From Octopus sinensis (taxonomy: Eukaryota), in the NCBI RefSeq assembly GCF_006345805.1, contig NC_043008.1, positions 75,268,001-75,332,000 on the forward strand: a stretch of DNA of 64,000 nucleotides, given 5' to 3'. The position numbers and the translations under genes are program-made. Numbering within the stretch: the stretch's first letter is position 1; every line of letters starts with the position of its first letter. The notes under the pieces were generated by a model that was not told where the DNA came from, searched no databases, and worked only from the letters and a program-made list of their open reading frames with translations. Positions 35,731 to 49,764 of this stretch are shown piece by piece.

Positions 35731-37478
35731 CTTTGACACAAATTTGCAATCTCACACACAGAAAAGCGCACAAACGCTCATACACCCAAACACACAAAAT
35801 CAATGTGTACGTTGCATATGTGTGTGTGTGCATGTGTGTGCATGTGTGTGTTCATATGTGAACATAGGTGACTGCTTTAGCTCATGGCAATACATTCGCT
35901 ATAGAGATCAATTAATTTATACAGACTGCAATGTGGAAAGCCGACTAGACACCACTTCGCACTGATATAGAATTGATAGACATGTTTCCACTAGATAGAA
36001 ACGTATCATATAAAAATCAATGTAAAAGAAAACTGCAATTCATCATAGGAAATAGCAACAACATCTAACATATGTTCAATAGAGAAATAAATACGATGTA
36101 TTCAATATCTAGCTGTGCATCTAAGGAACAAACATCATCTGACTAACATTCTGCCATCACAAATACACACGACTAGTCTGTTTGTTCCACTGTCTGCTGT
36201 GTTTTCTATTCTATATCTGAAATATCTAAGTCTATATCATATCGCTTTACTATTGTTAGACCATTTAACGTTTATCACATATACTCTACATTAAACACTC
36301 GATTGATTAGTCTTTCATCTGAACTACATAGTTTGAGAATTACATTGCCGCTGCTCACAATTTACAACAAACTAGTCACACCACAGTATCAAATAAGGTA
36401 TTACGATACTGACTTCCTACAACAACAGGTAACCACAATTCACAGAAGATCAACAATGTGTATGGACGCTATTTAATATCCTCTCTTAGCTAAATCAATC
36501 AAATCAGAGTGATACACAGAGATCGTTTCATGAACAGACTCAACTACATGTGACAGCATTTTGTGGTTAACTCATGCCACAAATCTCAGTGAAAGGCGAC
36601 CGCGTCTATAGTTAATGGAATTACATTTCAAAGTATAATGTCCCAAGCGTTACACTTAACACTTATTCGTTAAAAATATTAGCAACATGCTATTTAAATT
36701 GCCCCGTATAATACGAGCGGTTTGTAAATATTAAATTGCTTGTCATTCTTTATTCATTCCATAGTGTGTGGTTAATGCAGCGGACAAAGATTTAAAGTGA
36801 AAAATCAAAATTAGTAGTTAGTATTAAATGATTGAAACGCATAGTTCTCTAATTCCCCTAGCAAGATGCAGTTGCGGTATTATGCAGTGACTGGACAGAA
36901 AGCAAAGGGTACGTTTGAAGTGAAGATGGATTGAGTTTTGTTGACTATGGCAGATTTTATGTTTCAATCAAATACAAGATGTGTATGCTAGGTTGGTGTG
37001 CTTTTTTAGTACTGACATAATGAATCACTTTCATTCTCGGAAATTATATATATATATATATATAATATTGGAGGCTAATTCGCAAATTTACAACCTAAAG
37101 GTAGAAATATATACGTTACTAAAGTGACAGAATACATTAATCAACACCAGTATTGCTAGAAATAAGAGTCAGAACAACTCAGTAGCCGCAGAAAGCACTC
37201 TACTAATGACTGACAAGGTTGTAAGATTGTGAATTAGCCACCCGTAATATCCTAAATAGAATGGCCAACAAACGAGTATATAATAGAAGCTGGCAAACTG
37301 AAAGATTGTTTCATTTTAGTACTGAATTATATAATATATGCATACGTATGAATACATATACTAATACATATATATATATATATTTGCATATATAGACATA
37401 CATTTGTGTATGCGTATATTAATATAAATTCTTACACACACAAACGCACACACACATATATATAAATAGACATATACA

Positions 37479-37536
<58 letters not shown>

Positions 37537-37945
37537 TATTAGAAGAAATGAGGTACTCAGAAATTCGGATGGTTTTATATTTACAGATATTTATTTGTAT
37601 ATTACATGTTTTTTATACATCATATAACTTATATCATATATCATATATGAGCACTTTCGTCCATTCTAAGTTCTTGTGGAAAACTTTTCACCATTTTATA
37701 GATTTATTGAGTGTGTAGTGGATATAAGATAGTACAAGAGGGTGATGAATGAGTAGCCCACGAACATATCCACCCTATTAAGGAACACACATTGTTGATT
37801 TAAAAACAATTTCTTAGTCTTGTTTACACGCAAAACCATCACAACAATACATACTTACACACATACATACACACACATTCTTCGTTTTGTCTTATGTTGT
37901 CCATGATGTTTTTTCTTAATTTAAACCCTGGTGGTTAATGAATAA

Positions 37946-38014
<69 letters not shown>

Positions 38015-38733
38015 GTTGTTGTTGTTGTTGTTGTTATTATTGTTATTATTGTTATTATTATTATTATTATTATTGTTGTTGTTGTTGTTGTTGTTATTAT
38101 TGTTATTATTGTTATTATTATTATTATTATTATTGCTGTTGTTGTTGTTGTTGCGTTGTTATTATCCTTATAAGGTGGTGAGGTGGTAGAATCATATGTC
38201 CGGCGTACCAATGAGTCTGCCAGCTCGTCACATTAATAACCATTTTATACCCATCTTGGTATAATATATATGGGCTACAGCAAATACCACAGATTTGCTT
38301 GTCAGTTGTTTGACCATAACCGGTTGAGCATGTCCCTTAGTGTCTGACGATATATGCAACTCTGACCACGAGCAGAAGTAGTTGGGGAGCATCATAGCCG
38401 TGTGTTGAAAGGAATTCCTGGAGGTGGATAATTCACCTTCGGAAACATGGATGTTTTGTTCATCATCTTTAAATAAACCTTATTCAGAGAACTTTTGAGC
38501 AGGATGGGTTACTCAAAATGTAGAAAATTCTAACTGGGCCCCACCTGCAAAGTCATGTGCTGTTTATCTTGATATGAGATCTCCACGTCGCACACATATG
38601 GTCGTAATGCATGTGCCTGGTGTACCCTTATCAGACGAGCTGTCATTATGTGTATACTGGGCTTCGAATATTTTACCCCAATGTCACTTTGATGGCATGC
38701 ACTGCTCTCTCACTCAATAATAATAATAATAAT

Positions 38734-38781
<48 letters not shown>

Positions 38782-38785
<4 letters not shown>

Positions 38786-39545
38786 GGCAAATATGTGGCC
38801 AGTAGCAAACAAGCTGATGTAGACCTGATGCAGATCAGTGGCTACGGAACTCAAGGCTAAATGCAGAGAGTGAAGGCTTCATCTTGGTTGCCCACATCGG
38901 AGCTTATTGACCCGGAACTATCTAGCTAGTGTGCTGAAAATGGCGCAAACTAAAAGATGAAAAATGGTGTAGACCAATAGTGCCGATACTGCAACGATGG
39001 GATAGAAACTGCCGGCCACCTAATCTCTGGATGTAATGTTTAGGCACCTGTATAGTACAAATGAAGACATGAGAGAGTTGGCCAATATCTACATTGGATA
39101 ATGTGTCGGCTTTATAACATCAAAACTGCTGACAAGTTGTACAAGCACTACCCTAAGGCTGTAACTGAGGGAGAAAATGTAATTATAATTTGGGACTTCC
39201 CAGTATGTACTAACCGGACCAACAAAGCAAAGGAACCAAGTATTGTTGTGAAAGACAAAAGCAATAAGGTATATTTATTGATTGACATGTGTATCATCTG
39301 TGACCATAATATCTCGGCAAAAAAATTTGATAAGCTCAGAAAATATAAAGATTTACAATCCAAAATCGAAAAGATGTCACATCTCAAGACGGCTACAATA
39401 ACCCATGAATTTAGGAACACTCGGAATGATTAAAAAAGGAACTGCAAATTATTTAAGAAGGATCCTTGGCTTACAATCCATGTAGGAAGTGCAAAAGATT
39501 GTCTTAACTGATACGTCACACGTAATGAAAAGAATATTGTCGCTG
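38782..39545 (+). mobile_element. Degenerate R4/Dong-type LINE 3' fragment
   Basis: Follows (AAT)n. CRYCNDGIETAGHLISGC, IIWDFPVCTNRT..LIDMC..KKFDKLRKYKDLQ. Confidence 0.8.
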
Positions 39546-39766
39546 TGAATTTTCTTTCCTTTTTCCCCACTTTATTTTGTTTGTTTACCTTTCTAATTTT
39601 TTAATATTTTCATTCTTGTCTCATGTACATTGTTTTTTCCTTGGTATAAAAGATGGGCTACAGCAAATATTCTGCTGCCCACCACAGTTTTGCTTGGCGG
39701 CTGACGATATGTATATCCTTCTACTTTCATGTCTTGTGCTTATAGTAGAAAAGATTATTATTATTA

Positions 39767-39837
<71 letters not shown>

Positions 39838-39851
39838 GCTGCTGCTGCTGC

Positions 39852-39918
<67 letters not shown>

Positions 39919-40471
39919 ATTATCAATATTGAGTGAGAGAGCAGCGCACGCCATCAAAGTGACACTGGGGTACAACTATACGAAACCCAATACACCTATC
40001 ATGACTACCTGTCTGATAAGGGCTTATGAATCACAGCCATATGTGATATCATATCCCAAATAAACAGTACATGACCTTGCAGGTGGGGCCCAGTTAGAAT
40101 TTTCTACATCTTGAGTAACCCATCCTGCTCAAAAGTTCTCAGAATCAGGGTTGTTTAAGGATGATGAACAAAACATCCATGTTTCCCGAGGTGAATTATT
40201 CCAACTCCCCAAAATTCCTCTCAACACATGACTATGATGACCCCCCACCAGTACTTCTGCTCGTGATCAGAGATGCACATATTGTCAGATACTAAGAGAC
40301 ATGCTGAACTGGTTAAGGTCAGGCAACTGACAAGCAAAGCTGTGGTATTGAGCAGAATATTTGCTGTAGCCCATATTTTATACCAAGACAAAGCAATATA
40401 CATGAATACACTTCCAATCATTTCAGATCGAAAGCCATGAGAGCCACAGCCTGGTACTACCTCGGGTCTTT

Positions 40472-40519
<48 letters not shown>

Positions 40520-40553
40520 AACAACTACAACTACTACCAATACTACAACCACC

Positions 40554-40633
<80 letters not shown>

Positions 40634-40669
40634 GACTACTACTACTATGATTGTTATTGACATTGTTAA

Positions 40670-40770
40670 CGTAGCGAGCTGGTAAAGTCATTGGCACGCC
40701 GGCCAAAATGCTTAGTGGCATTTCGTCCGTCTTTACATTCTGAGTTAAAATCCGCCATTTGAGGACTGAT
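40670..40770 (+). mobile_element. SINE family B 5' fragment
   Basis: gcgagctggtaaagtcattggcacgccggccaaaatgcttagtggcatttcgtc..ctgagttaaaatccgcc. Confidence 0.75.
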
Positions 40771-41670
40771 CGATTTCATCGACTACCTCTCTTCCCCGTA
40801 GCGGCTGGCCTTTTACCAAAATTTGAAATAACTATTATTTTATTATTTTTCTTGTAGTTGTTGTTGTTGCTGTTGTTGTAGTTATCATTTTTTTTTGTAG
40901 ATGATAATTAAGAGAATGATATTATTACAGAATTAGAATTGTAAAAATAACTGTAAGAAATGGAACTTACGGTGTGCATGACGGCCTAGAATTGATGGGA
41001 GAAGAATAAATAATACCAAAACGATTTGGCAGCTGCTAAACATGATTCATAGAAAAGTCAGTCTTGAATCTCGCAGTATCTACCATCAACCTATTTTATA
41101 AGTAAACAAATATGCTTAGGTTAGCGACTTTCTGACTCTGCAATCAGAACTTCAATAAATTCTAATTAAAATCAATAGGACTGATAGCAGGAAACAAAAA
41201 GAACAAAACAAAAATTGATTTTGTTTTATTTATAAATACCCCGTTGATGATTAGACAAAGAAATGTATAAGGATGTGTATTTTATATCGCGTGGAGTTTG
41301 TACTCATAACTTACGTCTTTTTCACACATTGGCACGAAATCTAATTGATATACTTGACGCCTCCATACAATGTACACACTGAACTTACTTTATATATGAT
41401 CCATAGAATCAAGTGGTTTCTGTGTTTAACGTCAGTAGTTTTCTTACATGTCATTTGATTGGCCCACAAGTGTGTGAGTTTGTGTGTGTGTGTTTGTTCG
41501 TGCATGTTTTTGTGTGCGCGCATATGTTAATCCAAAAGGGCCAGAGATTTCGGGCTGAAACGTATAAAAGAATAAAAGAATTATATATATATATACACAA
41601 TATTGATAATAATTAGGATTATTACGAAGCTGCATAGCATTACCCTTAATTCTTTTAATATTTATACAAC

Positions 41671-41708
<38 letters not shown>

Positions 41709-41712
41709 ACAC

Positions 41713-41753
<41 letters not shown>

Positions 41754-41949
41754 GTATAAGAGCGGTTGCTGAAGAGCTGAAAAGTGGACTATGAAGTTGT
41801 GGCGCTAGAGCTGTGAAATCTTGCATGCATTAATTTCTTCTCGGCTTATATATAACTGCATTGTTTATTTCCAAGAAAACTGACGTCTATCTGTTCAAAG
41901 AACATTTCAAAATAACTGGTTGCGACAACGAACATAATTTGGCATCGTA

Positions 41950-42850
41950 GTGTTATGAAGTACCTGCAGGAAAAGACCCTGCGGCAAAAGGGCTTTAACC
42001 CCTAAGGATATTCATGCTGAAACGTTTTTACATAAGTGGATGGCGCTCCAGCTCTGTCATCTGTGCGACCGTGGGTAGTTATATTCAGGAGGGGAGGGAG
42101 AGACTTGAAGATAACGCAAACTCTGGATGTCCTACAATTGCCACCACCGAGGAAAACATTGATTGTGTTCACCACATAATGATGGATGGCAGGTGATTGA
42201 CTATAAATTAAGTGACCAATGATATTAGCATATCCCGTAAAGAATTGAGAATATTCTGCGCAATGAACTTGGCACGACAAACGTTTCTGCTCGGTGGGTG
42301 CCACATCTTCTGACACCTGATCACAAGTACACAATCCCCATCACACTACGGGAAAATCGTATATTGTATGAGGCAGACCAAGCTAGTTTCCTTAAACGCT
42401 TCCAAACCCATGATAACCGTTGAATTCATCTCTTTGTGCAAGAGAAAAAAGAGACATCGCATGAAGTAGAAACGCCTCTCATCACTTGCTCTAAACAAGG
42501 TCAAGGTAATTTCGTTAGCAGGGAAGGTATATTCTCAGCATTTTAGGCTTGCAAAACGCATTTATTTGTTTATTGACTATCTTCAAAAGGACCACACGAT
42601 CAATGGAATGTACTATGCCACCCTGCTGAGGCAGTTATGAAAGTTTCTAAAGACCAAATCTCATAGGAAAAAGAACGAAAGTAATCATGTTTCATTGGGA
42701 CAAAGTTTCAATAAAGAGGCTTTGGTTTCAATGGCTGCTATGCATAAATAAGGCATGTGACGTTGGTCTGGTTGACCATCGTCCCTACTATCCTTATTTG
42801 GCCACATTTAACTATCATATGTTCCCCAACATGAAAAAACGTCATATCTG
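41950..42850 (+). mobile_element. Degenerate mariner transposase relic
   Basis: EGRERLEDNANSGCPTIATTEENIDCVHH, ARWVP-like segment, HRPYYPYLATFNYHMFPNMKK. Many stops and frameshifts. Confidence 0.8.
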
Positions 42851-43149
42851 GTGTTTTCGAAAACATTTTAGCTGTCTAGCTTTTTACAGTTAATCCTACC
42901 TGATAGAGCTAGATTGAGAAATGTCCCCAGAAATTTTTATAACTTGTTAAACAAGAATTACTTCTTTTTTTTTTTTACCAAAAATATCAATTTTGCCAAT
43001 AGACAGAAAACTGAAATAAAAACCTAACATGAACCAAATATGACGTAATATTGTTTAACAAATATATTACATAAAATGATTAATTACACATCTTGGGATT
43101 AAAATTTCTATCAAGCAGGAAGTTTCAGGAATTCAAGGAGTGAACTTAT

Positions 43150-43870
43150 TCTTGCTGTTTTGCGTAAATAACTTGCATTACAACAGTATCTTTGCAGAGG
43201 TCAACTGTAGCCAGTCACCAGTTTTTTTGTTCAACTTGCTTTGATACCTAGTCTCCATAGTCTCGATATACTGATGGAATCTTATCCCTTGCTCATCGCT
43301 TATTGTAGTATGATTTTCAGGAAAGCACTACACATGATTGTGCAAGAAACACACTTTTAAATCCATGTCGCAGCCTAGTGCTCGAAAATTGGTTAACAGT
43401 ATATACATAAGTTCTTCATAATTTCGTGACTTCTTGTTTCGCAGAAAATCAGGCACAGCTGAAGAAGATGCATTCAATGCTTTTTAAAGATGCCAAACAC
43501 GGTCTTCCAAAATTGCTAATCCTGCGTTAGCCACCAAATCTGTGGCCTGTTAAACAGCCCAGCCATAATTTTCTCACAAGCAAAACTGGAAACTTACTGC
43601 GTAAGCATTTGAAACGGTCGCTGTCTCAGTGTTTCATAACATCTTTTATACATTATATTGGGTTTCCAGACTTTGTTTTTATCACCCAGTTTCATGCTAC
43701 AGTAAAATGTCTTCAAAAACTCTGTGATTTTATTTCGCTGCGTAGGTGAAGTGTTATATCTACAGATATAGTAGAAGACGTCCTTCCTCTTTGTTTTTAC
43801 ATCTTCTCCTCTCACAACTGGCCATATTTCTGAAATACAAAAATTTTCAAGCATTTTCACAATTGCCAAC
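43150..43870 (-). mobile_element. Internally deleted relic of an unclassified DNA-transposon-type protein
   Basis: N-terminal YYICRYNT..QRNKIT..KLGDKNKVWKPN.MYKRC and C-terminal LKVCFLHNH..FPEN..ISDEQGIRFHQYIETMETRYQ. Superfamily not assigned. Confidence 0.55.
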
Positions 43871-44109
43871 AGTTATAAAGTTAACAGATGAACATACGTA
43901 CCACAATGAACATACAGGCCATAACATTCTTTCTACGGTTATTTTACCATGTTTGACAAAAACTTACCTTGACCTATATAACTTAATAATTAAAATATTA
44001 AGGGCGCATTCAAAATATCAATATTCATAAGAAATAATAAGAGGTTCATCAAAACATGCATTGCCTGGTTTACAATGACAAGCACACTAAATCAAGCAGA
44101 GGGTGGGCA

Positions 44110-45010
44110 TATCTGACATATATGACACACAGAATGTGTCTAATAAAACATCGTTTACTCTTAGTCTTGTTGAGAAAAGTTTGTATTTCCAAAGTTATTC
44201 CGTGTTAAAGTTGTCGTATTTCGGTAATTTCAACCAATTAATGACGTGTATTCAGTTGAATAAAATTATTGCTGTTGCATGTCAACAACAACTTCCGGCC
44301 GTGTATATTTCGTTTGTCACTGTCATTTATGACATATTTAATCTCAGTTACGTTTGTATGAATAAACGAGTGTAGCTGAAGCATGTTTACTTCATAGCAC
44401 CACCACAATCGTTCGTGCATTTCTATTGCATTTAGTTTTTTTCTGTTTTTCAGCTACTATTTTCGGAAAGAAATATTGCCCCTCCCCCTCCACTTTCATC
44501 ATTTTTCACTGTTTCCGTAACTCTAGCCCTAAAATCCCTACCCTAACCCTAAAACCCCAACCCTAACCCTAAAGCCCCAACCCTAACCCTGAAACCCTAA
44601 CCCTAACCATAACGCTAAAATCCTAACCCTAGCCCTAATACCCTAACCCTAATCATAAAATCCTAACCCTAACCCTAACTCTAAAACCTTAACTCTAAAA
44701 CCCTAACTCTAACCCTAAAACCCTAACCCTATCCCTAACCCTAAAACCCTTAAGCTAAAATCAGTACAAACGCACGAACGATGTTATAAATAACAGTGAC
44801 AAACGAAATATACACCACCGATAATTGTTGTTGATAAACAACGGCAGTAATTTTATTCAGCTGAATACAAGTCATTGATTGGCTGAAATTACTGAAATAC
44901 GACAAATTTAAACTCGAAATAACTTTGAAAATAGAAACTTTTCTCAAAAGCACTAAGAGTAAAAGATATTTTATCTGACACATTCTACCAGTGTCCGAAG
45001 ACAAGACATT
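44110..45010. mobile_element. Foldback element with ~240-bp inverted arms enclosing a telomere-like (CCCTAA) tract at 44520-44750
   Basis: ORF-track translations of the two arms align (MTCIQLNKI.AV..QQQL..VYISFVTVIY). The core is degenerate CCCTAACCCTAAAA. Confidence 0.85.
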
Positions 45011-45297
45011 AATTTCTCGATCTGCCGTTCAAAGGGAAAATATCTAATCAATGCTTTGTAAATTTTATTTACCGTTCTTTGGGCTACTCTGTAAGCTATC
45101 TTATAAACTTTGAACAAAAGTTGTGATTAGACCTTTTGAAGAACAGGTCTTAAAATATAAGAAATAGAGTAATAATTTATATCAGAAGTTAAATGTTTTC
45201 TTGTTGATATTTCTCCTAACAGTTTGGCGAAGATATGACAAAGAACCTCTCAGACTCTCAGACAAAGAATATCTCAAACTCTAAATATTAATACGAG

Positions 45298-45354
<57 letters not shown>

Positions 45355-46349
45355 GAATATTTTTCACATAATCATTTCGTTATTAATTGCCTCAATTGAT
45401 GGATAATTATTCAACGTAAAAACTGAGACCAAAAATAAACCATCAATTATATATTAGTAATTCAATAATTTCCGTATTAATGAGTGTAAGCCTAATAGAT
45501 ACTCAACAGGGTTGTGTGAGTGTGTACGCAATAAAATTGTAACATAATAAAGCAATAACCAAATATTTTGAAAACAATACAGATATAAATTATTACCGCT
45601 ATAAACCAAAGTCACGTCATATAATTTGCAAATTAATTAGTAATTACAAAATTAATATGTTCATTAAAGTGTCTGGTATTACAATAGAATTTCAGTAGAT
45701 ATTACCAAGCATTTTAGAACTATTTCCTTCTCCATTAAGTGACGTATGTATAAATGTCATTATTTATATTGAAAATATGTTTGCTAATTCCTAATTAGTT
45801 TTCAAGTGTTTTCCTATGAAAGCTATTTAAAGCACTACTCATGAAGGCACTTCTAATAATTTTAAAATATCAAATGGTTCATTATTTCATTCTTTGATAC
45901 ATCGTTGAAGTACAATGTCTTTGGCTTACATTTTATTTCATTTTTATTAATGTAACATTCCATGAGACAGAGAAATCTCTTTTATTTAATAATACTTTAT
46001 TAATCGTTTAAGCCACTGAAATTTATTACAGATGTAGCGTGACACAAGACATTTCATAGTCTTCTACTGCAGATTGGTTCCCCGCCACTGTGCACAGGCG
46101 ATAGCATGCACACAAAGGGTGTTGTCTAGTTCACACCTTTCTATCCTATACTAAACACAAAAATGAAGGGAAACAACTGCAATCAGTAATGTAAACTAGC
46201 TGAGCAAGATTATATTTCTTGAACGGTGACTTGTCCTACAGAAATCCTGCAAAAATTGTTCTTTGATCCCACGCTAATATCAGTACTGGTCTTTCGAGGC
46301 GAAGAAAACCTTCACTGAAGTTTTTGCTTCCTCTTGGCTGATGAAGCGC

Positions 46350-46900
46350 CGCGAGAGCAGAAAGTGAACCAAAGAACAAAAAAAAATAATAATACGTGAC
46401 AGCTAAACCCGGAATAAATGCAATGTGTAACATCAGTGCGATTCTCTCAAGATCCTGGAAGTTATTCTGGATCTTTCGAGCGGTATGAGGTCTTTTTAAC
46501 TCACAATGGCATTCATGCATACATGCGCTGCAGCTGTTCTGAGTATAAGTTGGCATCGGTAGTTCCGGCTATTCGGAACGGGCTTCTAGTGAACATTCCT
46601 CTTGTGATTCCACCAGATGCACAACAACATCTTGCATTCGAGACGTCCATGTGAGGCCACAGTTTCTCGAAGCCGGTTCTTCCTTAGACAGTATATATGC
46701 ACATTAAAATTGCGGAAATGTATCTCCTTCACATTTTTATTTCTTCCAATGCATAACCCCTTTCCTGCCTTGCGACGCTTCAACCATGACGAGATGGGTG
46801 ATTCACTGAAGGGTTTCTTCGCCTCGAAGGAAAAGTACTGTTATCAGCGTGGGATCAAAGAACTAGCAGAAAGATGGCTTCCGATTTCGACTTTAAATGA
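46350..46900. mobile_element. Rearranged mariner relic with an inverted middle segment
   Basis: KMLLCIWWNHK is on the - strand (46500-46660). FFASKEKYCYQRGIKELAERW is on the + strand (46800-46880). Confidence 0.65.
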
Positions 46901-48158
46901 TAGGCTGCTTTTGTTTTAACTTGACGAATAAAGCAAATAAGTTGACAAAATATTGCAGTCAATACATTCAATTTTGACTCGAAAAATATTAATATCTGTG
47001 ACGGATAATTGTCTTAACTGAGTAATGCCAGGGTTGAGAAATTAAGCATGTCAAAATTGTTTTGAAAAGACTATAACAAGACATAACGTTTTAGTATAAA
47101 GTATTTTCAGAGTTGTAAAGTTATTGGCATATCGAAGACAAAAATGTCCTCGAGGAAGGAAAACGATCCAACCTATTATTATATTATGTTTCAAAGTATA
47201 ACTCAGCCTGGATCATTTGCGATTCAATAGATAATATCCATTTTAATATTATAGCAGTCGTATTGATTGTTACAGATGTTAGAGGCCAACTCTATTGTAA
47301 GGAATAGTTATCCATTATAAAGCTTTGTAAAATACAGAAACGTTTTAGCGAGAATTCTAAGATAACGTTAATGTCTAGAACACATTGCAACATGATAACA
47401 ACAAAAACATTAAATTCTAATTAACTGCTATTTCTACATATTAATTAGTAATTCTGCTTAATTACAGCATTTTGCACAGCTGTAGGCTGTCCTTTGACTT
47501 TACATGTCTAGGTTACTTAATCCCGTCAAAGGAATGTTCACTGATCGAATATAACTATTTAATGTTACTAATTGAAATAATATAAGTTTAGTGTCTAACA
47601 CTAATATCGATTAGGAGAATATTTAATTCATAGCATAGTTTGCTAAAGATCAATGATTCCGAACTGTTACAAAGCCAACTATTTAGTAGTTTACCAAATA
47701 CTCAGAGCATTTTAGATTAAATCAAATGAATTTGTTTGAAGATTTCTTTAAAGATACTTGCAACAAAGACATATTCTCAAATTGCGAAGTCAATATTTTT
47801 CTGTCTAAACCGGATAAGAGACGGTAAAATAAGGATTAATTCTATTCTGCGATGAAGCCATTCTCAATCACATATCAGAATTAAATCGTCTTACTGGAAA
47901 AGAACCTTCTCCAATATGAGAATTTCAAAAAGAATAGAATAACAAACTTCGTCTGGAAAAAAAATTCATTTCTTTTTCGTTATAGCATCAACGCAGGAAG
48001 TAATCGTTATTTTAAATTTTAATATTTACATACATTTATTAAGAGTAAAATAGTATAGAATATATACGTTATCTTTAGATAACCCTAGCGTCTAACGATG
48101 ATCCTCTACTGAGACTTTCATTATTGTATGTATGTATGTATGTATGTATGTATGTATC

Positions 48159-48226
<68 letters not shown>

Positions 48227-48227
<1 letters not shown>

Positions 48228-49231
48228 CAAATATAAGAGGAAAACCAGTGACTGGTTTCCTTAAACGCTGAAAATAGACGCCAAATCGTCTAACCATGAA
48301 AATGCATTCTTATTTAACGGCAATTTGGATGTACTCGTGCATGACACTATGAAAAGATATAAAAGGATCAGTCAGTTACATACTTCGTAGTTTCACCATT
48401 AATAATTACAAAATTATCCGTGGATCTTCAATGAGGTCCGTTGAGAAGACATAATAGTAGAACTCGAATACATACCATTTCCTCGAAAAGGACACACATG
48501 CGTACAGAGTTCTACCATTATACATCACGTTTTCAATTCAAATGTTTTCATCTGCTTCGCCGGCCGGAATAAATAAGCAGTGAATAGGATTCAGTAGTGA
48601 ATTGCCCGATTCGAGATCTAAAATATTTAAAAATATAAGTACCGAGGGTTAAAATTATTATTAAAAAATAACAATTTATACCAATGTCCAGCATGCGTAA
48701 AAAATTCAAGGAATGCAGATTATGCACAAATATAAGAGGAAAATCACTGAGTGGTTTCTTTATATGCTGAAAATAGACGCCAAATCATCTAATCACGAAA
48801 AATGCGCATTTATTTAACGGCGCTTTGGATGTACTCATGAAAGACACTACGAAAAGATGTAAAAGGATCAGTCAGTTTCATACTTCGAAGTTTCACCATT
48901 AATAATTAGGCTTTAATCGTGAATCTTGATTGGAATCCGCTGGGGAGACATAATAATAGAACTAAAATACATTCTACCTCCGTGAAAAGAACACACATGC
49001 GTACAGGGTTCTACCATTATACATCAGGTTTTCAATTTAAATATCTTCATCTGCAGCGCCAAGCCGGAATAAATCAGCAGTGAATAAATAATAATTTTTA
49101 CTCTCAGTACCTTTTTAAATATTTAAAAATATTTAAAAATATTTCAGTTCTCGAATCGGATAATTCACTGCTGATTTATTCCGGCTTGTCGCAGCAAATG
49201 AAGACATTTGAATTGAAAACGTGATGTATAT
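48227..49231. repeat. Direct, direct, inverted triplet of an unknown repeat (~499-bp period)
   Basis: acaaatataagaggaaaa at 48227 and 48727. 49088-49231 is the reverse complement of about 48518-48662. Confidence 0.85.
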
Positions 49232-49234
49232 TTG

Positions 49235-49465
49235 ATTTCTTTATTGACCACAGGGGGCTAAACATAGAGACACAAGCAAGGAAAGACAAAGTGTTTTAAG
49301 TCGATTACATCGATCGCAGTTCATAACTGGTACTTATTTGATCGACCCTGAAAGGATGAAAGGCAAAGTCGACCTCGGCGGAAGTTGAACTCAGAACGTA
49401 ACGGCAGACAAAATGTCGCTAGGCATTTCGCCCGGCGTAGTAACGATTCTGCCAGCTCGCTGCCC
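49235..49465 (-). mobile_element. SINE family B
   Basis: Same sequence as 17195-17410, with an alternative acagacaaac-type tail. Confidence 0.85.
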
Positions 49466-49693
49466 AAAACGCGATGTATAATGGGAGAACTCTGTACTCA
49501 TGTGTGTCCTTTTCATGGAGATAGTATGTATTTGAGTCCTATTATTATGTGCTCTCAGCGGATTCCACTGAAGATCCACGGAAAATTGTGAAATTGTTAA
49601 GAGTGAAACCTCGAAACCAGCTTCTAGAGACTAGTTTCAGAGTAACTTCTCATCATCAGTCGAGAGTAGCATGGCTTTGTAATTTTACTTTGT

Positions 49694-49764
<71 letters not shown>

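Noticed and set aside
38781-38795. aaatggcaaatatg matching the start of the retrozyme direct repeat
   Set aside because: Only 14 nt of AT-rich match, and it corresponds to the conserved (H)GKY codons of the Dong LINE, so it is treated as chance.
41530-41580. GAAACGTA motif resembling an HHR half
   Set aside because: No upstream CUGANGA and no stem I complement.
44520-44750. Possible true telomere or chromosome fusion scar
   Set aside because: The tract is short, degenerate, single-orientation and enclosed by element arms.
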